Below the pieces are notes generated by a model, which was not told where the DNA came from, searched no databases, and saw only the letters and a program-made list of their open reading frames with translations. A DNA stretch of 64,000 nucleotides from Bacteroidales bacterium (GTDB lineage: Bacteria; Bacteroidota; Bacteroidia; Bacteroidales; B18-G4), in contig JAGYLD010000004.1 in assembly GCA_018401355.1 (NCBI GenBank), forward strand, positions 1,628 through 65,627, read 5' to 3'. Positions 1 to 10,331 of the stretch are shown in pieces (positions within the stretch are counted from its first letter, which is position 1; every line of letters starts with the position of its first letter). Both the position numbers and the translations under genes were made by a program.

Positions 1-28
1 AACTTTGGCATGTATATTGCCGTATAAG

Positions 29-55
29 ATGCAGCAAACAGATCTTATGCTGCAT
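29..55. repeat. Perfect inverted repeat ATGCAGCA-N11-TGCTGCAT upstream of lon
   Basis: Read directly from the sequence. No T-tract follows. It could be the terminator of a gene outside the window or an operator. Confidence 0.3.
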
Positions 56-127
56 ACGATTCATTATATACTGAATAAGAGTAAGTTCTGAAAATATTAT
101 TATTGAAACTCTTAAAACACTGACATT

Positions 128-2602
128 TTGACTGATTTTTTAGACCCTGGAAAGGACTGGAATTTTTCTGAATTTATAGATAACGAAACGGAATTTATAC
201 CTTTGTTATCATCCGAAGACGAGGAATTGATGAACGCTGAGGATGTCCCGGAAGTATTACCAATATTGCCTTTAAGAAATACTGTCCTTTTCCCTGGAGT
301 AGTGATCCCCATCACTGTTGGCAGGGACAAATCCATACGACTGATCAAAGAAGCATACAAAGGTGACAAGATCATTGGAGTAGTGGCCCAGAAAGATCAT
401 AATGTAGAGGACCCGGATATTAGAGATCTTAACAACATAGGTACTGTAGCGCATATACTGAAGATTTTACAAATGCCGGATGGCAGCACAACAGCCATCA
501 TTCAGGGAAAAAAGAGGTTCAGGATAGAAAAGATGATCCAGTCGGAGCCATACTTTTTGGCTTCCACGGCTCCTTATGATACAGAAGATTCAACCCCCGG
601 TATCGAATCTGATTCTGCGTTTGGTGCTATGATTTCTTCTTTAAAGGACATGTCAATACAAATCATTAAGATGAGTCCGAACATTCCTTCAGATGCTGCT
701 TTTGCAATCAAAAACATAGAAAGCCCGGTCTTTTTAATAAACTTTGCATCTTCAAATTTGAATATAGATTTGAATGACAAGCAAAAACTGCTGGAGATCA
801 CCAACATCAAAGAAAGGGCAAAGAAAGTGCTGGAATCACTTTCAAAAGAACTTCAGCTTATTGAGCTAAAAAACCAGATACAAAATAAGGTCAAGGTGGA
901 CCTCGACAAACAGCAAAGGGATTACTTCCTGAACCAGCAGCTCAAAACCATCCAGGAAGAGCTGGGAGGAAGTCCTTATGAGCAGGAAGTAAAAGAACTT
1001 CATGACAAGGCCAGGAAGAAAAAATGGTCCAAAGAAATAGGTGAAATTTTTGAGAAGGAGCTAAATAAGCTGCAAAGGATGAACCCCCAGGCAGCAGAAT
1101 ACTCCATTCAGGCAAACTACCTTGAAACCCTGGTAGACCTTCCATGGAACGAGTTTACAAAAGACCATTTTGATCTGGACAATGCACAGAAAATCCTGGA
1201 TGAAGACCATTTCGGACTGGAAAAGGTCAAAGAAAGGATCATTGAACACCTGGCAGTTCTTAAGTTAAAAAATGACATGAAAGCCCCGATCCTTTGTCTT
1301 GTTGGCCCTCCCGGAGTTGGAAAAACATCCCTGGGACGATCGGTGGCAAGGTCACTTGACAGAAAGTATATCAGGATGTCACTGGGTGGAGTCAGGGATG
1401 AAGCAGAGTTGCGCGGACACAGAAAAACATATATTGGCGCACTGCCCGGAAGGATCATCCAAAGCATGAAAAAGGCCAAATCATCCAATCCGGTCTTTGT
1501 TTTGGATGAGATTGACAAGGTCAGTGGCAATAATATTCAGGGAGATCCGCAGGCTGCACTCTTAGAGATACTTGATCCTGAACAAAACAAAGAGTTTTAT
1601 GATAATTACCTTGAGATCAACTACGATCTTTCCAAGGTCATGTTCATTGCTACAGCCAACAGTCTGCTGACAGTTCATCCTGCTTTAAGGGACAGAATGG
1701 AAGTCATCGACATCAGTGGGTACCTTCTGGAGGAAAAAATGGAAATTGCCCGCAGGTATCTGATCCCTAAGATATTTTCAGAACATGGTGTAAAAAAATC
1801 CCATCTTACTTTTACCAGGAATGTGCTGGTAAAAATCATTGACGATTACACACGGGAATCCGGTGTCAGATCACTTGAGAAAGTACTGGCCAAGATCGTT
1901 AGAAACAGGGCCAAATTTATTGCCCAGGGTAAGGAATACAATAAAAAAGTACCCGTTGAGGAGCTTGAGAAGATCCTGGGACCACCAATTTTTCAGAAAG
2001 AGAAGAGCATTCGCAATGATATTGCCGGTGTTGTGACTGGTCTGGCCTGGACCACAGCAGGTGGGGAGATCCTCTTTATTGAAGTCAGCCTGAGCAGAGG
2101 AAAAGGCACCCTTTCCATGACAGGAAACCTGGGGGATGTGATGAAAGAGTCAGCAACCATTGCTTTTGAATATCTTAAGTCCCATTCCGAATCCCTGGAT
2201 CTGGATCCTGAATTGTTCTCAAAGTGGAATGTACACATCCATGTGCCGGAAGGGGCAACACCCAAAGATGGACCCTCAGCAGGCATTACAATGTTTTCTG
2301 CATTGGCTTCCGCCTTTACACAAAGGAAAGTCAGGTCAAAGGTTGCAATGACAGGCGAAATTACATTGCGGGGAAAGGTTATGCCTGTTGGCGGAATAAA
2401 AGAAAAAATCCTCGCTGCCAAAAGAGCAAAGATCAGGGATGTTATCATCTCAAAAGAAAACCAGAAAGATATTGAAGATATAAAACCAGAATATATTGAA
2501 GGTTTACGTTTTCATTATATTGATCAGATGATTGAAGTTGTTGATCTTGCCCTGCTTAAGGAAAAAGTGAAGCATCCCCTGAACCTCAATATTACAGAAT
2601 AA
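128..2602 (+). CDS. lon: ATP-dependent Lon protease (LonA type)
   Basis: 824-aa ORF. N-terminal LON domain ([19 protein letters not shown]), Walker [10 protein letters not shown], Walker [10 protein letters not shown], protease motif PKDGPSAG. The start is a TTG, so the exact start is uncertain. Confidence 0.95.
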   Translation: MTDFLDPGKDWNFSEFIDNETEFIPLLSSEDEELMNAEDVPEVLPILPLRNTVLFPGVVIPITVGRDKSIRLIKEAYKGDKIIGVVAQKDHNVEDPDIRDLNNIGTVAHILKILQMPDGSTTAIIQGKKRFRIEKMIQSEPYFLASTAPYDTEDSTPGIESDSAFGAMISSLKDMSIQIIKMSPNIPSDAAFAIKNIESPVFLINFASSNLNIDLNDKQKLLEITNIKERAKKVLESLSKELQLIELKNQIQNKVKVDLDKQQRDYFLNQQLKTIQEELGGSPYEQEVKELHDKARKKKWSKEIGEIFEKELNKLQRMNPQAAEYSIQANYLETLVDLPWNEFTKDHFDLDNAQKILDEDHFGLEKVKERIIEHLAVLKLKNDMKAPILCLVGPPGVGKTSLGRSVARSLDRKYIRMSLGGVRDEAELRGHRKTYIGALPGRIIQSMKKAKSSNPVFVLDEIDKVSGNNIQGDPQAALLEILDPEQNKEFYDNYLEINYDLSKVMFIATANSLLTVHPALRDRMEVIDISGYLLEEKMEIARRYLIPKIFSEHGVKKSHLTFTRNVLVKIIDDYTRESGVRSLEKVLAKIVRNRAKFIAQGKEYNKKVPVEELEKILGPPIFQKEKSIRNDIAGVVTGLAWTTAGGEILFIEVSLSRGKGTLSMTGNLGDVMKESATIAFEYLKSHSESLDLDPELFSKWNVHIHVPEGATPKDGPSAGITMFSALASAFTQRKVRSKVAMTGEITLRGKVMPVGGIKEKILAAKRAKIRDVIISKENQKDIEDIKPEYIEGLRFHYIDQMIEVVDLALLKEKVKHPLNLNITE

Positions 2603-2666
2603 TTAATAATCTTTTTGATTATTCAGATAATGGGCGGAATGAACAAATCAACCCACTTTACGTTTC

Positions 2667-3278
2667 TTGTGCATATATCCAGTTGAAACGAGCGCTGTGA
2701 GTAAGATACTTATCATTTATGGCCATCCGGTTACCGATACTTTCACCGAAGAACTTCACGAAAGCTACACCAGTGGTGCCCTGAACTCTGGGGCAGAGGT
2801 AAAGACGCTTGTTTTACGTGAAATGAAATTTGAACTAAATCTTTCCGCAGGTTATCGTATTGATCAAAAATTAGAAGCAGACATTCGAAAAGCACAGGAG
2901 TATATTTCCTGGGCAGACCACCTGGTATTTATGTATCCGAACTGGTGGGGTACATTTCCTGCATTAGTTAAAGGCTTCATAGACAGAACATTCCTTCCGG
3001 ACTTTGCATTTAAATACAACAATGGCCATGCCGGACATGAAAAGTTACTTGCCGGAAAAACGGCACGCATCATCGTATCAATGGATAACACGGTTTTTTA
3101 TTACAGGTTTATGCTGAATGCCCCTGGAAACCATGCGATGAAAAAAGCCATTCTCAAATTTTGCGGGATTGGCCCTGTTAAAATAACGATGATCGGTTCC
3201 ATCAGAAAATCAACCGGAAAAAGAAGGCGTCGCTGGCTTAATAAAACATTTAAACTGGGCCGGGTTGATGCGTCATAA
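2667..3278 (+). CDS. Flavodoxin-like-fold NAD(P)H-dependent oxidoreductase (quinone reductase / KefF-MdaB-like)
   Basis: Has SKILIIYGHP near the N-terminus and the WADHLVFMYPNWWGTFPALVKGFIDR motif typical of the Flavodoxin_2 family. The real start may be the GTG at 2697. Confidence 0.7.
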   Translation: MCIYPVETSAVSKILIIYGHPVTDTFTEELHESYTSGALNSGAEVKTLVLREMKFELNLSAGYRIDQKLEADIRKAQEYISWADHLVFMYPNWWGTFPALVKGFIDRTFLPDFAFKYNNGHAGHEKLLAGKTARIIVSMDNTVFYYRFMLNAPGNHAMKKAILKFCGIGPVKITMIGSIRKSTGKRRRRWLNKTFKLGRVDAS

Positions 3279-3312
3279 ATGTCGATGGTTCTTCTTACCT
3301 TTGGTTTCAACA

Positions 3313-4968
3313 ATGACAATCCGGATGGACCCAGAAAAAGGTTTTCTTTCAGTTATATTTTTCATAATTGTTGCATTGCTAGCTTGTAACAGATCTGAGA
3401 AAGGAAGTCATGATCTTACCGTATTCAGATACAATGAAGCCGCAGGGATAACATCCCTCGATCCGGCTTACTCAAGAAATTTATCCAATATCTGGGCATG
3501 CAATCAACTGTTCAATGGATTGGTAGAACTCGATGACAGTCTGATGATCAAGCCTTCAATTGCAAAATCCTGGGAGATTTCAGAAGATGGCACATCTTAT
3601 CATTTTCATTTAAGAAACGATGTGTATTTTCATGACCACACTTCCTTTTCTGATGGAAAAGGAAGAAAGGTAAAAGCATCGGATTTCCAATATAGTTTCA
3701 GGAGGATCGCTGATCCTGCAACTGCATCTCCCGGTTCATGGGTTTTCTCTTCGGTCGTCGATCCGCTGGGAGAGGGGTTTCATGCCCCAGATGATAGCAC
3801 TTTTACTATAAAACTAAAAAAACCATTTCCGCCTTTCCTGGGGATACTTACCATGAAATACTGCTCCGTTGTCCCATTTGAAATCGTTGATGCCCTTGGA
3901 AAAGATTTCAGAATGGCCCCATCAGGAACAGGCCCGTTTCAATTCAAATACTGGAAAGAAGGCGTAAAACTGGTTTTCAGGAAGAACCCGGTATATTTTG
4001 AACGGGATTTAGAAGGAGAACCATTGCCTTACCTGGATGCTGTTTCCATTACCTTTCTCATGGATAAGCAGTCTGCTTTTCTTGAGTTTGTGAAAGGCAA
4101 CCTGGATTTTATCTCAGGAATGGACCCATCTTACAAAGATGAATTGCTTACACCGGATGGACAGTTGAACCCAAAATACAGGAGCCGGTTTTACCTTATC
4201 AAGGAACCCTACCTAAACACCGAGTACCTGGGGTTTTTGCTTGACGAGAAAAAGACCTCAGAAAACAATCCCCTGTTGGATTTAAGGATCCGCAAAGCCA
4301 TAAACTACGGGTTTGACAGAAAGCATATGATCAGGTATCTCAAAAATAATATAGGAACACCAGGGCTTTACGGGATGATTCCTCCCGGACTTCCGTCATT
4401 TCAGAAAAACATGATGTTTGGATATGACTACCAACCTGACAGCACCAGGAAACTTCTTGCTGACGCCGGATACCCATATGGGGAAGGCTTGCCTGATATT
4501 CACCTTGCCACAACATCAGATTACCTGGATTTATGCCGGTTCATTCAGCATCAACTCGGGGAATTGGGAATAAATATCAGGATAAGTGTCAATCCACCCG
4601 CAACAAATGCCCAGTTGGTAGGAACTTCCAGGCTTGATTTCTTCAGGGCTTCCTGGATAGCAGATTACCCTGACGCTGAAAACTACCTTTCCTTGTTTTA
4701 CGGTAAAAACTTTTCTCCTGCAGGTCCCAATTATACACACTTCAGCAATTCTGAATTCGATGCCTTATATCTCAAAGCCCAACGAACATTTATTAATGAG
4801 GACCGCTATGAATTATACAGGAAGATGAATAACCTGACAATGCGGGAAGCCCCTGTTGTCATCCTGTATTATGATGAAGTGCTGAGATTCATCAGCAGGA
4901 AGTTTACCGGTTTAGGGAGCAATCCCATTAATTTGCTTGATCTGCGCGAAGTGAAGTATTGTCAATAG
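3313..4968 (+). CDS. ABC-transporter family-5 (peptide/nickel type) substrate-binding lipoprotein, orphan
   Basis: Lipoprotein-like signal (IIVALLAC). Long SBP_bac_5-like body (TSLDPAYSR..., WIADYPDAENYL). No permease or ATPase gene is adjacent. The start is chosen at the internal ATG 3313 to avoid overlap with the upstream gene. Confidence 0.75.
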   Translation: MTIRMDPEKGFLSVIFFIIVALLACNRSEKGSHDLTVFRYNEAAGITSLDPAYSRNLSNIWACNQLFNGLVELDDSLMIKPSIAKSWEISEDGTSYHFHLRNDVYFHDHTSFSDGKGRKVKASDFQYSFRRIADPATASPGSWVFSSVVDPLGEGFHAPDDSTFTIKLKKPFPPFLGILTMKYCSVVPFEIVDALGKDFRMAPSGTGPFQFKYWKEGVKLVFRKNPVYFERDLEGEPLPYLDAVSITFLMDKQSAFLEFVKGNLDFISGMDPSYKDELLTPDGQLNPKYRSRFYLIKEPYLNTEYLGFLLDEKKTSENNPLLDLRIRKAINYGFDRKHMIRYLKNNIGTPGLYGMIPPGLPSFQKNMMFGYDYQPDSTRKLLADAGYPYGEGLPDIHLATTSDYLDLCRFIQHQLGELGINIRISVNPPATNAQLVGTSRLDFFRASWIADYPDAENYLSLFYGKNFSPAGPNYTHFSNSEFDALYLKAQRTFINEDRYELYRKMNNLTMREAPVVILYYDEVLRFISRKFTGLGSNPINLLDLREVKYCQ

Positions 4969-5808
4969 TTAAACCTCTATTTCCAATCCGTCATATCCAA
5001 GAAATACTCCGTTGGGAAGTTTTGCAGATACTTCTTCATGCATGCCCAACTGATGACTGATATGCGTTATATACGCCTTTTCCGGTTTTATCATTTCAAT
5101 AATATCCAGGGCTTCAGGCAAACTAAAATGCGAAACATGGCTCTTCATCCTGAGTGCATTAATAATTAAAACTTTTGACCCTGCAATTTTTTCCATTTCA
5201 TCAGGAGGGATATGGTTGCAATCGGTAATATAAGTTAGAGCCCCAATCCGAAAGCCAAAAATCTTCAGGTACATATGATCTATTTCAACGGGGATAATCT
5301 TTATTCCCTGAACCATAAAAGGCTTGTTTTGTATTTCTATAAGATTTATTTTGGGAATGCCTGGATATTGCTGCCTTTCAAACACGTAATAAAAATCCCT
5401 CCGAATGTTTTCTGATGCTTCAGCCGAAGCATACACATCCATGGGTTTGCGACTAACATAATTGTATGCCCTTATATCATCAAGCCCTCCAATATGGTCT
5501 TTATGGCCATGTGTGATCAATACTGCATCCACTTGTTTTATCTGCTCCCTGATCATCTGTTGCCGGAAATCCGGACCAGCGTCAATGACAATAATTTTTC
5601 CATTAACATCCAACAAAAGGCTGGATCTCAAACGCTTGTCCTTTAAATCATTTGACCTGCATACATTGCAGGAACAAGTGATGACAGGTACCCCTTGTGA
5701 TGTTCCCGTTCCTAAAAATGTTGCTTTCAAAATTTGGTTATTTTTGTGATAAATGTAATGGCTTCCTTTGAGATGACAAAACTTCATTTTTAAAGAATAT
5801 AGAATCAT
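4969..5808 (-). CDS. MBL-fold metallo-hydrolase (PhnP/GPP-like)
   Basis: Has FLGTGTSQGVP, CxCxxC (CSCNVC) and the metallo-beta-lactamase motif ITHGHKDHIGG. An alternative start is at 5787. Confidence 0.85.
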   Translation of the reverse strand: MILYSLKMKFCHLKGSHYIYHKNNQILKATFLGTGTSQGVPVITCSCNVCRSNDLKDKRLRSSLLLDVNGKIIVIDAGPDFRQQMIREQIKQVDAVLITHGHKDHIGGLDDIRAYNYVSRKPMDVYASAEASENIRRDFYYVFERQQYPGIPKINLIEIQNKPFMVQGIKIIPVEIDHMYLKIFGFRIGALTYITDCNHIPPDEMEKIAGSKVLIINALRMKSHVSHFSLPEALDIIEMIKPEKAYITHISHQLGMHEEVSAKLPNGVFLGYDGLEIEV

Positions 5809-5857
5809 TCCAATTCAAAAAAAATTTAATTTTACAAATTACGCTTTAATAAATCAT

Positions 5858-6409
5858 ATGATCAGCGTACCTGAATTTATAAGAGTACCCATTGGGAAAT
5901 ACTTTCTGTCAAAAGATGCGGAAAAAGCCCGCAGGAACAAGAGGTTTATTAATCTGAAGGATGCATCATCCCTGGCCATAATTTACTTTTTGACAAATGA
6001 TGACGATTATCTTGCAGTTTCAAAATTTGTTGAATCACTGAAGAAGAGGAAACTCAGAATTAAAGCAATGGGTTATGTGAGAGATAAACACCTTACCCAA
6101 AAGTATTTGCCAAAACTAACATATGATTTTTTCTACGACAGGGATATTAATTGGTACGGAAGACCCGGAGGCAATTATGTTAAAGATTTTTTGGAAAAAC
6201 CCTTCGACGTTTTGATAGACCTGAGCGACGGTAATAGTTTACCAATAAAATACATAATAGCCAAAAGCAATGCACACTTTAAAGTTGGCAGGTATAAGAA
6301 CGAAAATCAGGTTTTCTTTGATCTGATGATCAAGCATGATGATACCAACAACCTGCAATCTTTTATTGCTGAAATAGAACATTACCTAACAATAATAAAC
6401 AACCAATAA
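5858..6409 (+). CDS. Conserved hypothetical protein (upstream partner of dapA)
   Basis: 183-aa ORF with normal composition, ending 2 nt before dapA. I recognised no motif. Confidence 0.5.
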   Translation: MISVPEFIRVPIGKYFLSKDAEKARRNKRFINLKDASSLAIIYFLTNDDDYLAVSKFVESLKKRKLRIKAMGYVRDKHLTQKYLPKLTYDFFYDRDINWYGRPGGNYVKDFLEKPFDVLIDLSDGNSLPIKYIIAKSNAHFKVGRYKNENQVFFDLMIKHDDTNNLQSFIAEIEHYLTIINNQ

Positions 6410-6411
6410 TT

Positions 6412-7311
6412 ATGGTAAAAGAGATAAAAGGAACAGGTGTTGCCCTTATAACGCCTTTCCATAATTACGGCACCATAGATCTAACATCGCTCAGAAAGAT
6501 CATTGACCGGGTAATTGCCAATAATGTTGATTTTATTGTCGCTCTTGGGACCACCAGTGAAGCAGCCACATTGTCAAAAGACGAGAAGCAGGCTGTTACG
6601 GAATTTATCCTTGAAACGGTTGATAACCGCTTGCCGGTTGTCCTTGGGGTTGGAGGGAACAACACCCAAGTGATTATCGACAACATAAAATCAAATAACC
6701 TGGATGGAATTGCAGCCATCCTGTCAGTTACACCATATTATAATAAGCCTCAACAAAAAGGATTGTATTATCATTTCAAAAATATTGCCGCTGCCAGTCC
6801 TGTTCCTCTGATTTTATACAATGTCCCCGGCAGGACATCTGTTAACCTGGAAGCAGAAACAACTCTGCGGCTGGCACACGATTTTGATAACATCATTGGC
6901 ATCAAGGAAGCCTCAGGCAACTTACAACAGATCATGGAGATCCTGAAGGACAAACCCAAGGATTTTACAGTGTATTCTGGTGATGATGCCCTTACCTTAC
7001 CAATACTACTACTTGGTGCTGAAGGGGTTATATCTGTTGTGGCCAATGCTTTTCCCAATGAGTTTGCATATATGGTTAATAATGCCATGAAAGGCAGTAA
7101 GAAAAAAGCAAGGGCAATTCATTATTCTTTGCTCGACATTATCAATACATTGTTTGAAGACGGAAATCCATCTGGTATCAAAGCAGCCCTGGATATTATG
7201 AAGCTTTGCGGAAATAATCTCAGGCTCCCTCTGGTAAAAATTAACAAAGGAACTTACAATAAATTGCAAACCCTTATCGAATCATACGAAACACCTGCAA
7301 TTATTGATTAA
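6412..7311 (+). CDS. dapA: 4-hydroxy-tetrahydrodipicolinate synthase
   Basis: Has GTGVALITPF, ALGTTSEAATLS, YNVPGRT and the Schiff-base lysine context IIGIKEASG. Confidence 0.95.
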   Translation: MVKEIKGTGVALITPFHNYGTIDLTSLRKIIDRVIANNVDFIVALGTTSEAATLSKDEKQAVTEFILETVDNRLPVVLGVGGNNTQVIIDNIKSNNLDGIAAILSVTPYYNKPQQKGLYYHFKNIAAASPVPLILYNVPGRTSVNLEAETTLRLAHDFDNIIGIKEASGNLQQIMEILKDKPKDFTVYSGDDALTLPILLLGAEGVISVVANAFPNEFAYMVNNAMKGSKKKARAIHYSLLDIINTLFEDGNPSGIKAALDIMKLCGNNLRLPLVKINKGTYNKLQTLIESYETPAIID

Positions 7312-7339
7312 TTATTATAAAAGGGCAAATTTTTTAGTT

Positions 7340-9025
7340 ATGTATATACGAAATATAATTATACTTTCCCTGATTATACTTTTCAGCCCATTACAAGCTC
7401 AGGACCTGGCACAATCCTTTTTAAAAGAAAGAGATGAGGTTTATTTTTCTTTTTATGCTGATCAACAAACAATTCAAAAAGTTTCTAAGATTGTCAGCAT
7501 AGACAATTATAATGCTGTTTCAGGAGGTACTACTGCCTATGCCAATGAGGAGGAATGGAAGCAATTTTCCAGGTTAAATCTTTCATATAAGATCCTCACG
7601 CCCCCATCGCTAAGGCACAGGGATTTGAACATGAAGGACTATGTTGACATCCGGAAATTGCGTGACTGGGATTTTTATCCAACATACGATGCTTATGTCG
7701 ATATGATGGAACAATATCAGGAAGACTTTCCTGATCTATGCGAAGTGTTCAGTATTGGTAACACCAACAATGGAAGAGAGATCCTGGTTGCAAAGATCTC
7801 TGATAATATTGGTATTCGGGAGGCAGAGCCACAATTTTTGTATACATCCACCATGCATGGTGATGAAACTGCAGGATATATTATGATGCTTCGCTTGATC
7901 GATCATTTGCTCAACAACTACGATTCCAACCCGAGAATTGCCCACATGATCAACAATATTGAAATATGGATCAACCCGCTGGCAAACCCGGATGGTACAT
8001 ACGCTTTAGGAAACCAAACTGTTTATGGTGCCACAAGGTATAATTCTATTGGAGTTGACCTGAACAGAAACTTTCCTGATCCCGAGGATGGCCCTCATCC
8101 TGATGGCAATGAGTGGCAAATAGAAACACTGGCTTTCATGAATGTTGCCGAAGAAAACCATTTCGTGATGTCTTCCAACATTCATGGAGGGGCAGAGGTA
8201 TGTAATTATCCATGGGATACCTGGGCGCAACTGCATCCTGATACAGACTGGTGGGAATATGTATGCCGGGAGTTTGCAGATACAGCTCAATATCACAGCC
8301 CTCCGGGATATATGACATTTTATGGAGGTGTTACCAACGGATATGCCTGGTATTCCGTTGCCGGTGGAAGGCAGGATTATATGACCTATTTTCACCAGGG
8401 TCGGGAATTCACCCTGGAAATGTCCAATGACAAATTGTTGCCGGCATCCCAGTTAAATAACCACTGGGATTATACTTACAGGTCCTTTCTTAACTACCTT
8501 GAACAAGTTCTTTATGGCTTAAAGGGAACCATCACAGATATAGATACTGGGGAGCCACTCGTTGCAAAAATTTATGTTGTGGATCATGAAGAAGACAGTT
8601 CCTGGGCCTATTCGGGCAGGCAGTTCGGAAAATATTCCAGGATGCTGAATGAAGGAACTTATGATGTAAGGTATTCCTCACCGGGTTACTTTCCCGAAAC
8701 CTATGAAAACGTTACGATTATTAACAGAAATACAACCATCCTGGATGTACAGCTTAAATGGATGTTCTCAGTAATGGAAGAACCCCTGGCTACCAGGGTT
8801 AAGTTATCACCCAATCCTGTTACGTCAAATTATTTTTCTGTTGGCTCAGAATATGGTATCAAGGAAATTCGTATCAGCAATTTATCAGGAAAAGAGGTAT
8901 TTCTTCAAAAGTATGATAATGAGAAACGGGTATTTATCAACACATCGGGATTTACCGCAACAACGTATTTAGTAAATATCCGAACAGAAAAAGGTATTGT
9001 AACCAGGAAGATTATCAAGATGTGA
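7340..9025 (+). CDS. Secreted M14-family zinc carboxypeptidase with T9SS C-terminal sorting domain
   Basis: Signal peptide ending PLQAQ. Zinc motif STMHGDETAG, NPDGT, NIHGG. The C-terminal ~75 aa (SPNPVTS...YLVNIRTEKGIVTRKIIKM) look like Por_Secre_tail. Confidence 0.85.
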   Translation: MYIRNIIILSLIILFSPLQAQDLAQSFLKERDEVYFSFYADQQTIQKVSKIVSIDNYNAVSGGTTAYANEEEWKQFSRLNLSYKILTPPSLRHRDLNMKDYVDIRKLRDWDFYPTYDAYVDMMEQYQEDFPDLCEVFSIGNTNNGREILVAKISDNIGIREAEPQFLYTSTMHGDETAGYIMMLRLIDHLLNNYDSNPRIAHMINNIEIWINPLANPDGTYALGNQTVYGATRYNSIGVDLNRNFPDPEDGPHPDGNEWQIETLAFMNVAEENHFVMSSNIHGGAEVCNYPWDTWAQLHPDTDWWEYVCREFADTAQYHSPPGYMTFYGGVTNGYAWYSVAGGRQDYMTYFHQGREFTLEMSNDKLLPASQLNNHWDYTYRSFLNYLEQVLYGLKGTITDIDTGEPLVAKIYVVDHEEDSSWAYSGRQFGKYSRMLNEGTYDVRYSSPGYFPETYENVTIINRNTTILDVQLKWMFSVMEEPLATRVKLSPNPVTSNYFSVGSEYGIKEIRISNLSGKEVFLQKYDNEKRVFINTSGFTATTYLVNIRTEKGIVTRKIIKM

Positions 9026-9036
9026 ATAAGACTTTC

Positions 9037-10290
9037 CTAACCCACCGGAATTCCTATTCCCATTAGTATTCTTAACAGGATCAATAAACCCATGGCGATG
9101 CCTATTGTTTTGGGCATGATCCTGATTACTTTCGCTTCATCCTCGAAATAAAGCTCTCTGTATGCCCTGTATACAGCTATTACAGGTAATAAAATCAAAA
9201 AGATTGATAATTCAATCATTTGGAAGTATTCACTTGTTTTAGGAAACCAAAAAAAGAATAGTATTACATTCCCAATGAGGAATGGCAACAATATCTGGCC
9301 ATTAACAAACCTTCTGCGGTTACTTTTGTCAAGCTTTTTATAGTAACTGTTGGCTGTAATAAGCACAGAACGGGTAGATAACAACCCTGTTCCTACCATT
9401 ATTACAAGGGCAACCATTGAATAAATAAGCTTTCCTGTATCCATTATATACGACCATATAATGGCATGCCCGAACCCCATGCTGAATAATGATCCTATAA
9501 GTAATCCTCCGAAGAAAAACCCAAATCCATGAACATAATTCCAAAAGAAGAATAATTTAAAATAGATGGAATCATTTCTAATTTTACTAAATATTATTAA
9601 GGATACAAGTCCCAAAAATAATGCAGTAACCGGACCGGCTGAATAAATCAATTTGACAGGATCGGCATACCATTCATCACGTTCCACCATGTAATAATTG
9701 GCATCGTAGTGCATGATGGTGGAAAAATCAAAAAAAGTAGCCGCTACAGCCGAGGCCAATTGTGAAATAAAAAAAACAAGAATAAATGAAAGAATGAAAA
9801 CTGCAAGGGAGTTAAGTGCAATGATAAACATCTCCTTCCTTTGAGAACTACTTTGCCTGAAACCCTTTATGAAGTTAAGGAAGCCACGGCGACTGATACC
9901 ATTACGGATATTTCTTTTTACTATTCTGAAATAAAGTCTGAGAAACCTTCTTTGCTTTACTTTTTCTGATGCTTTTTCTTGCTTCAGAAGCTCCAGGTTT
10001 CGTTCTTTAAGCTGTTCAATTTCAGGTATAACTTTTTCTTCGGGAATTTCTTCCTGTCTTTTCCTCTCCTGGGATTTTTGAATCCTGCGTTTTAATTTTT
10101 CTTCAGCTCTTTCTGTTATGAACTGTTCTTTTGCTTTTTTCCTGGCTTGTTTTTTTTCTTCCCGATCTTTTTTCTTTAATACATTACGTTTCTTTTTCCT
10201 CAGTTTTTTTATATAACGGAGGTACCTGATTCTTCTGTATATTCGGTAAAAGAAACTATATTGCTTACGCTTATCCATTAAAAATAGCAA
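9037..10290 (-). CDS. Polytopic membrane protein with ~140-aa K/R/E-rich N-terminal region
   Basis: 417-aa ORF. The N-terminus is very basic and coiled-coil-like (KKLRKKKRNVLKKKDREEKKQARKKAKE...), followed by about 7-8 hydrophobic segments. Confidence 0.55.
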   Translation of the reverse strand: MLFLMDKRKQYSFFYRIYRRIRYLRYIKKLRKKKRNVLKKKDREEKKQARKKAKEQFITERAEEKLKRRIQKSQERKRQEEIPEEKVIPEIEQLKERNLELLKQEKASEKVKQRRFLRLYFRIVKRNIRNGISRRGFLNFIKGFRQSSSQRKEMFIIALNSLAVFILSFILVFFISQLASAVAATFFDFSTIMHYDANYYMVERDEWYADPVKLIYSAGPVTALFLGLVSLIIFSKIRNDSIYFKLFFFWNYVHGFGFFFGGLLIGSLFSMGFGHAIIWSYIMDTGKLIYSMVALVIMVGTGLLSTRSVLITANSYYKKLDKSNRRRFVNGQILLPFLIGNVILFFFWFPKTSEYFQMIELSIFLILLPVIAVYRAYRELYFEDEAKVIRIMPKTIGIAMGLLILLRILMGIGIPVG

Positions 10291-10331
10291 AAAGAGGCTG
10301 TTTCAAAGGTATGTAATTCTAAGCTATCCTT